Positions 47,992 to 60,168 of a stretch of 64,000 nt of DNA are shown one piece after another. Source of the DNA: Octopus sinensis (taxonomy: Eukaryota). The stretch covers positions 66,650,001-66,714,000 of the forward strand of contig NC_043010.1 of the NCBI RefSeq assembly GCF_006345805.1. Direction: 5' to 3'. The position numbers and the translations under genes were made by a program. The notes under the pieces are model-generated. The model was not told the origin of the DNA. It made no database searches and saw only the letters and a program-made list of their open reading frames with translations. Each line of letters starts with the position of its first letter. The stretch's first letter is position 1.

Positions 47992-50900
47992 CATCATAAA
48001 AAGCATCCACAAGAAGGCCTTAATGATTTTTTTTTCCATCAATAGGCTTCAACTGTTGCCTCAACAAATGTGCTGTTTCAATTCTCTGCATCGTTAGCAT
48101 CTATCTGCACCACTAAGGGTCTCTTTTGAGCTAACTTAACTGCATACCTACCTCCATCCATTCAGTCTACCAAACACACCTGTTTCACACTTGCTGTCTC
48201 TCGCATCCCACATCCTATCTGTCTCACCTGTCTGGGAAAACCAACAGAGGCCCTGTAGCCCTTAAACATTTAAACTGGCCATATCTGGCCCAAGTAGCTA
48301 CTTGTTTAAGTTCAAACCAGTCAGATCCAGCCTCTTATACCTATTTCTTTACTACCCACAAGGGGCTAAACACAGAGGGGACAAACAAGGACAGACAAAT
48401 GGATTAAGTCGATTATATCGACCCCAGTGCGTAACTGGTACTTATTTAATCGACCCCGAAAGGATGAAAGGCAAAGTCGACCTCGACGGAATTTGAACTC
48501 AGAACGTAGCGGCATTTCGCCTGGCATGCTAATGTTTTTGCTAGCTCGCTGCCTTTGAGCCTCTTATACCTACCCTACAATGTCATTCTAAAAATAAACA
48601 ATCACATCTTTGAAGTCCCAAAGCTATGAGATATTGCATTATTTTTAACAGAATATCCTGAATGCTAAAGGGTTTAAACCTCAAAATCTTAAAAGTTTGA
48701 AATCTGAATAAATCCTCTACCATGGATTCTGATTCTGTTGTTAAGATTTCTTTATTGGGGATATGTTATGGAAGAGAAACTTGTCAGATTTTAGATTTGA
48801 TTTCATTTTATGAACAGTTCTTCTTCTTTAATCCTTTTGATACCAGCCTGCCTGAAATCGCCTCTGGTTCTATGGTACCATTTGCCTGTTTTGAAATAAT
48901 CAAGAGTGAACGCATGTGGCTTAGTGGTTAGGGGTTTTGGTTCATGACCATAAAATCACGAGTTCAATTTTCGGCGCTGCATTGTGTCCTTGAACAAGAC
49001 ACTTTAATATCATGTCGTTCCAGTCCACTCAGCTACCAAAAATGTGGAGTACTTGTATTTCAGAGTAATCAGGCTATAGTAGAAGATACTTGCCCAAAGT
49101 GCCATGCAGTGGGACTGAACCTTGAACCATGTGGTTGGTAAGCAAGCTACTTACCACACAGCCACTCCTGTGCCTATATTTATTTCTTTATTGCCCACAG
49201 GGGGCTAAACATAGAGGGGACAAACAAGGACTGACAAAGAGATTAAGTCAGTTACATCAAACCCAGTGCGTAACTGGTACTTATTTAATCAACCCCAAAA
49301 GGATGAAAGGCAAAGTCCACTTTGGCGGAATTTGAACTCGGAACATAGTGGCAGACAAAATACTGCTAAGCATTTTGCCCAGTGTGCTAACAATTCTGCC
49401 AGCTCGTTGCCCTGTTTACATATTAAGCCAAAGTTTAACTGATAAAGCACTCAATACATATAGGGCAGGATGTTTATTTAGTCAAGGAAAGTGATGTCGA
49501 TGACTTTGAAGTTTCACTGGTCTTCAGCCTCATCAAACTAATGTATATGTATGTATTTGTTCTACATTTACCTCCCCCACCATCCCTATCATCTGTTACT
49601 TTCCCCTCACACTGTTACAAAACAACCCACACTTTACTTCCCTCCTCTGATCCTCTGTCTGTACCCTCTCTTATGCTCACTTTTTGCTACCTTGAGAATT
49701 TGCTCTGGCACCCCCGTCCCTACTATCTTCTTCCCAGCTACTCCCACTCACCCTCATGTAATGTGGAGTAACCATGTGTCTCTATATCTGTATCGATACA
49801 TTTGTGCTTGTATCATATTTGAACCTTTTAACACCAGACATGTATTCATACATACACCTGTACACACATGTACATACCCCCACATATATACATATATCAA
49901 AAAGATGTGTTATAACACTATTCCACTTATACAAAAACAGCCATACCAACAATCCAACATAACCCCATCATCAGCTGCCCAACAGATATCATTATGGTTT
50001 TGACACTTGGGGAGTACCATTCAATCCGGTGGTGTCAACAACACTAGAAGAAGTGTTGTTTGGGAACAAACATACTATATATTTGTGTGTATGTGATGGT
50101 TTTTGATTAGCAGCGTTGATTTTTACAATCCTGTAAGTAATATTAATAGTATTTTGTAAGCTATCACTGTGCAATGACTAAAGAACATAGTCTAATAATG
50201 GGGCATATAAGCCCTCGATGGGAAAAAGTAGGTTTTCCTGTATGTGCGTACAAGGATGGATTAAGCAGAGCATGAGCATACATGAGGAGGGAAAGGGTCA
50301 CTGAAGAGCTCACGGACGTGTGACGAAAGATTTTCGGACAATGGACATGAGTTAAAATGAGAGCAGTAATAAATGAGTGAAGGACAAATATATATGTTTC
50401 TTTATTACCCACAAGGGGCTAAACATAGAGGGGACAAACAAGGACAGACAAACGGATTAAGACGATTACATCGACCTCAGTGCTTAACTGGTACTTAATT
50501 TATCGACCCCGAAAGGATCAAAGGCAAAGTCGACCTCGGCGAATTTGAACCCAGAACGTAGCGGCAGACGAAATACGGCTATGCATTTCGCCCGGCGTGC
50601 TAACGGTTCTGCCAGCTCGCCGCCTTTTTTTATATATTTGAAGGACAAATATATAGTGTATGTGTTTATTTGGCAAAAAAAAAAGAAGAAAAGAATGACC
50701 ATGCCAAAATATAACAATATGTTTCAGTACACGGTTTCACAATAGGAATCGTGCAACACAAATTCAAGAACATGTATACATGCACACACGCACACACACA
50801 TATATATATATATACTCTCTCTCTCTTTTACTTGTTTCAGTCATTTGACTGCGGCCATGCTGGAGCACCGCCTTTAGTGGAGCAAATCGACTCCAGGACT

Positions 50901-51307
50901 TATTCTTTGTAAGCCCAGTACTTATTCTATCGGTCAATTTTGCCGAACCGCTAAGTGACGGGGACGTAAACGCACCAGCATCGGTTGTCAAGCAACGCTA
51001 GGGGGACCAACACAGACACACAAACACACACACATATATATATATACATATATACGACAGGCTTCTTTCAGTTTCCGTCTACCAAATCCACTCACAAGGC
51101 ATTGGTCGGCCCGGGGCTATAGCAGAAGACACTTGCCCAAGATACCACGCAGTGGGACTGAACCTGGAACCATGTGGTTGGTTAGTAAGCTACTTACCAC
51201 ACAACCATATATATAAAGGGAAAGTTTACGAAAATAAACAAAAGACGAAGGCAGGTGGAGTACAAACAAACAAATGTATTAGTATAGCACTCAGGAATAG
51301 AAAATGT

Positions 51308-51343
51308 CTTTTACGTTTCGAGCCTACGCTCTTCGACAGAAAG
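51308..51343 (-). ncRNA. Degenerate minimal hammerhead motif in a PLE-terminal-repeat-like sequence
   Basis: cttt-CTGTCGA-a-gagc[gtag]gctc-GAAAC-GTA-aaag; helices I and II intact, core A6 changed to U. Confidence 0.5.
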
Positions 51344-51574
51344 GGACACAGAAAAAACAAGGAGAGAAAAAAATGCGTGTAGTAGCTAACGATCTATATA
51401 TGTATATCATCATCATCATCATCGTTTAACGCCCCCCCCCCTTCCATGCTGGCATGGGTTGGACAGTTTGACAGGAGATAGATAGGCAGATAGATATATT
51501 TTGATATCTACTAGTTTCAGTTATTGGTCTGTGGTCATGCTGGAGCACCACATTCAACAGTTAAATTGAAAACG

Positions 51575-51621
<47 letters not shown>

Positions 51622-51749
51622 ATATCACTGTGACCAACCAGGCTATCAGATGTTGTTACACATCGCTGGTCACAATGCGCTTCGCATTGTTTTAGCCTTC
51701 AAATGACGCCACCCCGCTGGCTAAGCGAGCAGGCCAGTATATATATATA

Positions 51750-51915
51750 CTTTATTTAAAGCAGCAGAAAATTCAACAAAACCTGTTACTCTGCGTTTCA
51801 CGTTGCCGTTCATCGGACAGTTTTTGCTAGAATTCTACCAAAAACTGCCCGATGAACGGCAACTTGAAACTCAGAGTAACAGGTTTTGTTGAATTTTCTG
51901 CTGCTTTAAATAAAG
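51750..51915. mobile_element. 166-bp palindrome with a hammerhead-like motif on each arm
   Basis: Near-perfect inverted arms around gctagaattctacc; consensus ctgt-CCGATGA-acg[gcaa]cgt-GAAA-ctc[a]gag-TA-acag. Confidence 0.7.
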
Positions 51916-51986
51916 CATATTACTCTACCACTGGTATTTGAGTACTCTTTTTTCCACCTTGTTTCACATTTATGTGTTTACTCCGG

Positions 51987-52016
<30 letters not shown>

Positions 52017-52018
<2 letters not shown>

Positions 52019-52140
52019 CAAGATAAGAAAATGGAGAAATACATCTAAATCAAATATCAATTACCAGATAATACTCAATCACATACTTTATTAAACCACC
52101 ACATAAGATTAGATGTATTTCTCCATTTTCTTATCTTGTA
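52017..52140. repeat. 32-bp inverted repeat with ~60-bp spacer
   Basis: tacaagataagaaaatggagaaatacatctaa ... ttagatgtatttctccattttcttatcttgta. Confidence 0.85.
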
Positions 52141-52314
52141 TTAGTAATTTGTGGTAAATCATTTTACCTTTGCCCATATAATACAGTAAATGAATTGATT
52201 GCATCGCAATCCTTAACATTTATGTATTAACTTTGATGGGTACTTCACTAGCAGTATATTGGATATATGTTATCCCATGGAGGGTTGCATTTACAACCCC
52301 TATCTCAATTTATA

Positions 52315-52827
52315 TCTATATATATAAAACTGTAGTTGTGTGAGTGTCTGTCTCCTTCGATTTAGATTCCTAACTACTCCCACATTTTGCGGTGCAGTTT
52401 AACCAAATTCGGGTATCTTACAGTCGTGATTCATATCGAGCCCGTCTGAGTATTAGCGCGCATCTACGATGAGTCTACGATTTTAAAAATAATTTAACAT
52501 CATTTTTTATTCCATCTTAATGCATAATTTTTCGTGTGTCGATGGCGGCGGAGTTGGCGTCTATGGTCACACCTGCACCTGTTTGCTTCTCCCCCTTCTT
52601 CCCTCCCTCGTGAAGCTGTGGGGAAGGGAGTGTAAGGAAATCAACGTCGTAAAGCGTTGTCAAGGAGACCAGCGTTCTTTTAGAACAACGACTTCATGGC
52701 TTGAAGACACCAAAACAGAAATGGCTAAGAAAGCCCGAATTGGCATCTATAAGGGAAGTAACTCTCTAAAAATGCTTATATAGTTATTTCCCTTACAAAC
52801 CCGAGCAACGCCGGGCGATACTGCTAG
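52315..52827 (+). mobile_element. Non-autonomous Helitron (513 bp)
   Basis: A|TCTATATATATAAAA start, subterminal hairpin cccgagcaacgccggg, CTAG|T end, no TSD. Confidence 0.85.
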
Positions 52828-53459
52828 TATATATATATATATATATATGAATATATAAATTATGTGTGTATGTATTTGTTCACACACAGACATAACTTGT
52901 TAAAACAAAAAAAACAGCAATTTCAAATGCAGGCTTTTCACACGCAATACGAACGATGTCGATATAATAATACGGTTCTTATTTGTGCCAGACATTTGAA
53001 CGCATGGAGACAAACTGGTAAATTCACCGGTTGTAACATCTCGAATTACCGCCAACGTTGCTGGTTGTCTGATCACAGCAAAAAAAAAAAAAGCTCAGTC
53101 GGAGTCCAACAACCAAAACAAATGCTTTCCATCTCTGCTGCCTGCCGTTCTGCAGCAGATGCAACGACTTGATGTGGCACAGAGAGAGAGAGAGGACGGG
53201 CGGATGGCGTGTCTATCCCAGCTAAGCTGATCTTGCGCCCTGTAGAATAATAATAATAATAATAATAATCAATTCTTTTTTATTGGCCACAAGGGCTGAC
53301 ACGCATGATTACATAAAGGGACAAGACAGGACGAAAGGTTACAAAGGGTTTTGCCGTTTTTTTTTAAAAACATCGAGTAAAAATCTTTATAACAACTTAT
53401 AAAATTCAACAATGAAAAACTCCCATATTATCATCCTCCTCAACCGAACAACTTTTGAT

Positions 53460-53762
53460 GGTAAGATTTATATATATATATATATACATATATATTATGT
53501 GTGCGTATATGTATTTGTATGTGTGTGTGTGTGTGTGTTTGTATATATATAAATTTTTGTTTGGTGTTTGTGTTGTGTGTATAGTGTCTGTATGTATGTA
53601 TATATGTGTGTGTGATTATGCTTGTATATAAATATATGTATGTCTGTATATATTTATACGTGTGTGTATATATATATAAATTTTTGTTTGGTGTTTGTGT
53701 GTATAGTGTCTGTTTTGATATATGTGTTTATGCTTATATATAAATATATGTCTGTATGTGTG

Positions 53763-53795
<33 letters not shown>

Positions 53796-53826
53796 ATATA
53801 TATATGTGTGTATATATATATATATA

Positions 53827-53873
<47 letters not shown>

Positions 53874-53977
53874 TATATATATGTGTGTGTGTGTCAATGT
53901 ATATATTTATATACGTAAGTAGTTTAAAAGCCCATAAGTCAGGGAAAAGATGCACCCGTATATCTGTCAATAAAGTG

Positions 53978-54010
<33 letters not shown>
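53460..54010. repeat. Compound (TA)n/(TG)n microsatellite field
   Basis: Directly visible. Confidence 0.95.
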
Positions 54011-54012
<2 letters not shown>

Positions 54013-54417
54013 CGACACTTCGGATAATATGTGTGTTGAATATCAAAAGAGAAATATCTTTATTTATCTGTCAGTCTATCTGTCTGTCTATCTCCGTTTG
54101 TTAGTATATATCTACCAGTCTATTTTTTCTTTCTGTCTGTCTTTCTTACTGTTGTCTTTTCTTTCTTTATATATTTATCACTTCTTATTTAAGTCCATCT
54201 TCTTTTCTTTTCCTCCTGTCTTTCTCTCTCTTTTCTTTTGAATATTTCTTTTCTTTCTGTTTGTCTTCGTTTTCTGTCTATTCTGGTTAGGATTATCATC
54301 GTATCGTGGCGGGTTTTGATCTCAGTTTGCGAGCGTCGAAAAAAACAAAACAAAACTATTTACAAACAAATATTAAAGACACACATACACACACGACTTG
54401 ACAATCAACATATATCA

Positions 54418-54448
<31 letters not shown>

Positions 54449-57400
54449 CACACACATACACACACTGTCTTTTTATTCCAGCTTAGCGATTTCTCTAAAT
54501 ACACAGCAAATATTTATTTCTTTACTGCCCACAGGGGTTCTAGACATTGAGGGGACAAACAAGGACCGACAAATCCCAGTGTGAAACTTGTACCTTATTT
54601 ATCGACCCCGAAAGGATGAAAGGCAAAGTCGACCTCGGCGGAATTTGAACTCTGAACGTAACGACAGACGAAATACCTATTTCTTTATTACCCACAAGGG
54701 GCTAAACACAGAGGGGACAAACAAGGACAGACATGGGTATTAAGTCGATTACATCGACCCCAGTGCGTAACTGGTACTTAATTTATCGACCCCGAAAGGA
54801 TGAAAGGCAAAGTCGACCTCGGCGGAATTTGAACTCTGAACGTAACGACAGACGATTATACCGCTAAGCATTTCGCCCAGCGCGCTAACGTTTCTGACTT
54901 GTTTGCGGTAATTATACACTAACTATAAAACAGCAGAAATACTTTAATTGTTTATGGTTAATTATTTTTGTTCTTTAACTTCAAGTGATCGCTGATCAGG
55001 CAGCTCTATATTCATAGACATTTCAACCGTGACCATCCAATCTTTATTATTATTATTATTATTAATTTTTTAATTGTTATAAAGTTTTTACTCGGATTTT
55101 TCAAAAACGGACAAAACCCTTTGTAACCTTTCGTCCTGTTTTGTCCCTTTATGTAATCATGTATGTCAGCCCTTGTGGCCAATAAAAAGAATAAATTATT
55201 ATTATTATTATTAATTTGCAGACGAATGTCGTTTACTTTAAGAGGGTTAGGTGCAATTTTAGGGGTATTTGGTTGCTTTTTCTAGCAGAGCAAGGAAGCG
55301 ACCACGGTAGAGATAGATTTTTTTAATTGGTTCGTTCATTCGAAGTAAATAAACATATCTTGTTCTGTTCGTTCGTCAGCATCACTCGAACTCCCGCCTT
55401 TAAAAGGCCCGTTTGTTGTTTTATGTTACCGCTTTTAGATCGATCGTAGTGTCTGAATCAAAAGCAATCAAGGCCAGACCAGGTTTGTTGTTGTTTGTGT
55501 TTTCGTCCTTCCATATTTCAATTGATCTCTCTCTCTCTCTCTCTTAACGATTGTTAACAGATTCCTCGTCACTTAGATGACATGAAGCCAGCACGGACTT
55601 AAATCTAAATAATAACATTTATGTTTCGAAACTGGGAACTTTATAGTGTTCACTCTCTCTCTCTCTACACACACACATATACGAATGTAGCGCCGTCTTT
55701 GCAACCACATAGCCGCCCCCTTGGGTAATCATTGCACTGGGCCCTGCAGCAAGCTACAGCATATATAGATCAAAACTGGACCCCCCCCCCCCCCCCCCGG
55801 GCAACTGCACATACACACACAAACACACAACTATAATTTGCATTTTGCATTTCGTCTGCCGTTACGTTCTGAGTTCAAATTCCGCCGAGGTCGACTTTGC
55901 CTTTCATCCTTTCGGGGTTGATAAAATTAAGTACCAGTTACGCACTGGGGTCGATGTAATCGACTTAATCCGTTTGTTTGTCCCCTCTGTGTTTAGCCCC
56001 TTGTGGGTAGTAAAGAAATATATAATTTGCATTTTGTTTCCTAACAAGTTTTTCAGGGACAAACAAGAAGAAAGAAAGAAACAAAAAACGTATGTTCGAT
56101 TCGAAACTGGAAAACTTTTTATAAAAATAATCTCGACTCTCCAAATGGTCTTTATATAGTATTATGATAACTATTTATTTATTTAACAATATAAGGAATG
56201 GCCATAATAGGACATTCGACTCACTAGAAAGAGCAGCCAAACTCAAACCGCTAAATAGTTGTAATTCTGAAATTGAAAGAGAAATAAAAACGTTTACCCC
56301 TTTCATCTCTGGACTATGCATAGTTTCGGCAAACTTTGGTAAACAAATTAATTAAATTAAATTAAATTTATTTACAACTGGCGTGCCTCGTCAGCAGAGG
56401 AGCCTATTTATTTATATATATATCAATGTGTGACAGAGAGAAAGAATGTATGTGTGGGCGCGCACATTTATCCCCGTGTATATAACAGTGTGTCTGTATT
56501 CTGTTTATACTATTCTTTACTTGCTAGCACACGTACATATATATATACATGCATACATGCACGCAACTACGTGTGTATAGTTGCTAAGTTCTGTGTGTTT
56601 TGTATCCATGTGTGTGTGTGATGTGGTTTGTTTGCTAGCTTTGCACAAAACTATGGCAAGCTGTTATCACAGCTTCTTGTAAGTGCGTGTGTTGTGTTGC
56701 ATTTGCGCGCTTATATAAGCGTATCGAGTCACACACCAAGGCAACTCGTAGTGACACATACAACACACACACACACACACACACACAGAGTCAGATAATA
56801 CGGAAAACAAAAGGCAAACTGCTCGTATGGTCCACATTACACACACCACAGACACTTGATGACACATACAAACAAAAATGCATATTTCACAAACACCCAC
56901 CACCCTACCACCAGACGCACGCACATGCATACAGATAAACATACACACAGGCTTTTGCTATCCGAAATGAATATAAGCATACACACGCGGGTTGTCGCTC
57001 GACCTGCGAAAAATAGCAGCCAAATTTCCCTAAAATAATCTCATATAGGGGAAGGACACATTGCGTAATATACCCTTTCTGGAATATCTTGCAAAAAAAA
57101 AGCCAAAACGGTATGGTCACTTCTGGCATGCATTTGATCCTAGTTCTGGTCGATCTGGGTCGACTTAGGGCTAAATAAAATCTAGCATACGCATACTCGA
57201 CTTGCTAGGAATAGCAGCCAGATCTTTCTTAGATCGAACCCTTTGTTTTTTTAATAAGAGAAGGACACAGTGTGTACTTATACTCCTACGTATCTCGAAA
57301 AAAATGACAATATGGTCACGGCTGTCATAGCTTTGATCCTACTTCTGCTCGAAGTGGGTCGACCGCGGGTTAAATAAAATCGAGCACACACACACACACT

Positions 57401-57957
57401 GACTGTGGCTTGCGTATGCTTACAATAACAAAGCATGAACAACACACAGTCACACAATGCAGGCATATTCACCGAGAGAGAGAGAGAAATGACACACGGG
57501 TACATGTACTGGAGAATAAACAGTGCATGTGTACGCATAAGTCCACAGACAAAATGACACACACACTAATAACGAAATCCATTCACAACATATATATGTG
57601 TATATATATATATATATATAGTACAAAGTAAGATAGGGGTTATGGGGGTAACCCACTATGGGATATCAGTTATCCAATATACTGCTGGTGAAGCACCCAA
57701 ATATTATAAATACATAAATGCTTATAATCGCAATGCAATTAAACCGATGCTGGTGTGTTTACGTTCCCGTCACCTAGCTGTTCGGCAAGAGTCAGCGATA
57801 GAATAAGTACCTAGGCTTACAGAGAATAAGTCCTGGAGGTTCGATTTCCTCGACTAAAGGCGGTGCTCAAGCATGGCCACAGTCAAATGACTGAAACACG
57901 TAAAAGAATTATATATATATATATACATGCGTGTGTGTCTATATATATGTATGTATG

Positions 57958-57999
<42 letters not shown>

Positions 58000-59099
58000 G
58001 ACATATGTATGTATATATGTGTACATATTTATATGTCTGTGTGTGTGGAGGGGAATGTTGTTTTGATTGTGGCTGAGGGCATCTTTTGGTCGGCTTTACT
58101 CAGAGTTTCGTATGGATCACATAGCAAACTCGAGAAACAGTTTACAGATTACTTTTTCTTCCCTCCACCACCAACACCACCACCACCTCCGACATCCCTC
58201 CCCAGTAAATTCAAGTACATGACACACACATACGCACACACGCACACATACACGTACACGCACGCACACACACACACATACGCACGCACGCACCAGGTGT
58301 TTTGCAAGAACACATCTTGTTTTTATTCTGCCTGTTGTTTGCTACGTTGCAAACATCACCTCCACCCGCACCCCCATCGCCAGTTCCTCCCATTATGTCT
58401 CTCTCTCTCTCTCTCTTCCTTCCTTTCTTCTTCTCTCTGTCTCTCTCTCTCTCAGTCGTTTTTGTCTCCTTCCATCCTTGGTGTTGTTGCCTGACGGTGA
58501 AAGAAGAAGAAGAAAGAAACCGTCGAAATTTGTTACGTTAATAGTAATTTGCTCGTTTATTGGAGACGTGTGTGTGTGTGAGAGAGAAAGAGAGAGATTT
58601 TATAGGAGAGAGAATGTGTGTGAGAGAGAGAGATTATATAGGAGAGACAGAGAGAGAGAATGTGTGTGAGAGACAGAGAGTGAGTTGACAAGTCTTGTTC
58701 ACATTCTCTCTCTCTCTCTCTCACTGTCTTTCTCTCTATATATCGCACTCGCCTTCTGTTACTTGGGACCGATATGTCCGCAGTTCGAATCGTGGTGTAT
58801 CGCCCCTGTTTTTTTTCTGTTGCCGTTATTTTGTTTTGTTTTGTTTATTTTCTATATAATTTCTTTGTTTTTGCAAAGCGCCAAATGAAGAAACGGCGAT
58901 GACGAAGAAGAGAGAGAGAGAGAGAGAGAGAAAGAAAGAAAGAAAAAAAGGAGGGGGGGCAAAGGATTGGGGGGGGAAGTAATAAGTGGATGGAAGCCAA
59001 TGACTATTGAAGGAGTGACGGAGGGGAGGAGAAAGAGAGAGAGGGAAAGAATGTTAGTGTTGGGTGGGTAAACAGACGAGCGGAGGCTTCTTTCCTCCA

Positions 59100-59352
59100 C
59101 CTCCAACGCCACCACCACCACCACCACCACCACTACGGTTTCATCTCTTACTCCTCCTCCCTCCTGTTGTCGTTGCTGCTGTCACGACTGCAGCTGCTGC
59201 CCCAAACTTCGTGTTATTTCTGTTGCTGCTGCTGCTGTTCAAGAACTGTTGTTATTGTTAGAGGCGGCGGCGGTGGTGGTGGTGGCGGCGGCGGTGGTGG
59301 TGGTGGTGGCGGCGGCGGTGTTGCCACAGCTGCTGTTCAGCAACAACAATAA

Positions 59353-59384
<32 letters not shown>

Positions 59385-60060
59385 ACATCTGCTGGTTGTT
59401 TTTGCAGACTTCACTGCTGTTGTTGTCGCTGTTGCTGTCACTATTCCCGCTGCAGCAACAGCAGCAGCAGCTGCTGCTGTTACTGTTGTTGTTGTTGTTG
59501 TTGTTGCAGTTGTTGTTTTCTGCTGCTTAAACTGCAGTTGCTGCTGCTGTTATAACTACTACAACTGCCGCTGCAGTTAATACTACCACCACCACCACCA
59601 CCACTACTACTACCACTACTATTGTTACTACGATTACCACTACTAGTGATGTTGTTGTTGTTGCTCTTATACTACTCTGCTGCACACCACAGAACTGCTG
59701 GCGGTGCTGCGGTTGCTGCTGTTGCCACTCTGCTGCACCTATAGCTGCTGCCGCTGCTGCTGCTGCCGCTGTTGTTATTGTTGTCTTCGGTTACTACAAC
59801 AACAACAACAACAGCAACAACTACCGCCACTACTAATATCTACTGCAACCACTACCATGCTATTACCGTTACAGTTCATGCTGTTGTTATTCCTATCACG
59901 ACGACGACGACCACCTCCACCACCACCATCGCCATTTCTGCAGTTGCTGTTGTCAGCACCATCACCACCACCACCACCACCACCACCACCGCCGTCACCA
60001 TTGCTGCTGATGTTGCTCTAATTTATTTTGCTAAGATGTTGTTATTCTGTTGTTGTGTGA
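59100..60060. repeat. Patchwork of trinucleotide repeats (CAC, GGC/GGT, CAG/CAA, GTT, CTA, GCT)
   Basis: Directly visible; no continuous reading frame found on either strand. Confidence 0.92.
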
Positions 60061-60100
60061 AGACAGTTAAAAACTCTGAGCGAAGGGACAAACCCCTTGC

Positions 60101-60168
60101 CTAGATTACACGTATCTTCATCTTCTTCGCTTCAATGTTGACTTCTTTTTCTGTCCAAATGTGGTTTC
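60101..60168 (-). CDS. Candidate terminal coding exon of an unidentified minus-strand gene (x-NHIWTEKEVNIEAKKMKIRVI*)
   Basis: Acceptor gtttaatgtcacttcttttag, complex non-repetitive peptide ending in TAG, immediately followed by the low-complexity block (possible 3-prime UTR). No partner exon found. Confidence 0.3.

Noticed and set aside
53050-53245. Minus-strand exon candidate (GRKISLAGIDTPSARP...)
   Set aside because: The frame runs through a (CT)n tract and poly-T into a stop, with no donor or homology; kept only as part of the CpG-rich region
59064-60104. Poly-Q/G/T/P protein-coding exon
   Set aside because: Manual translation of the minus strand hits several stops in each frame tried, and the plus-strand ORFs are short homopolymer runs
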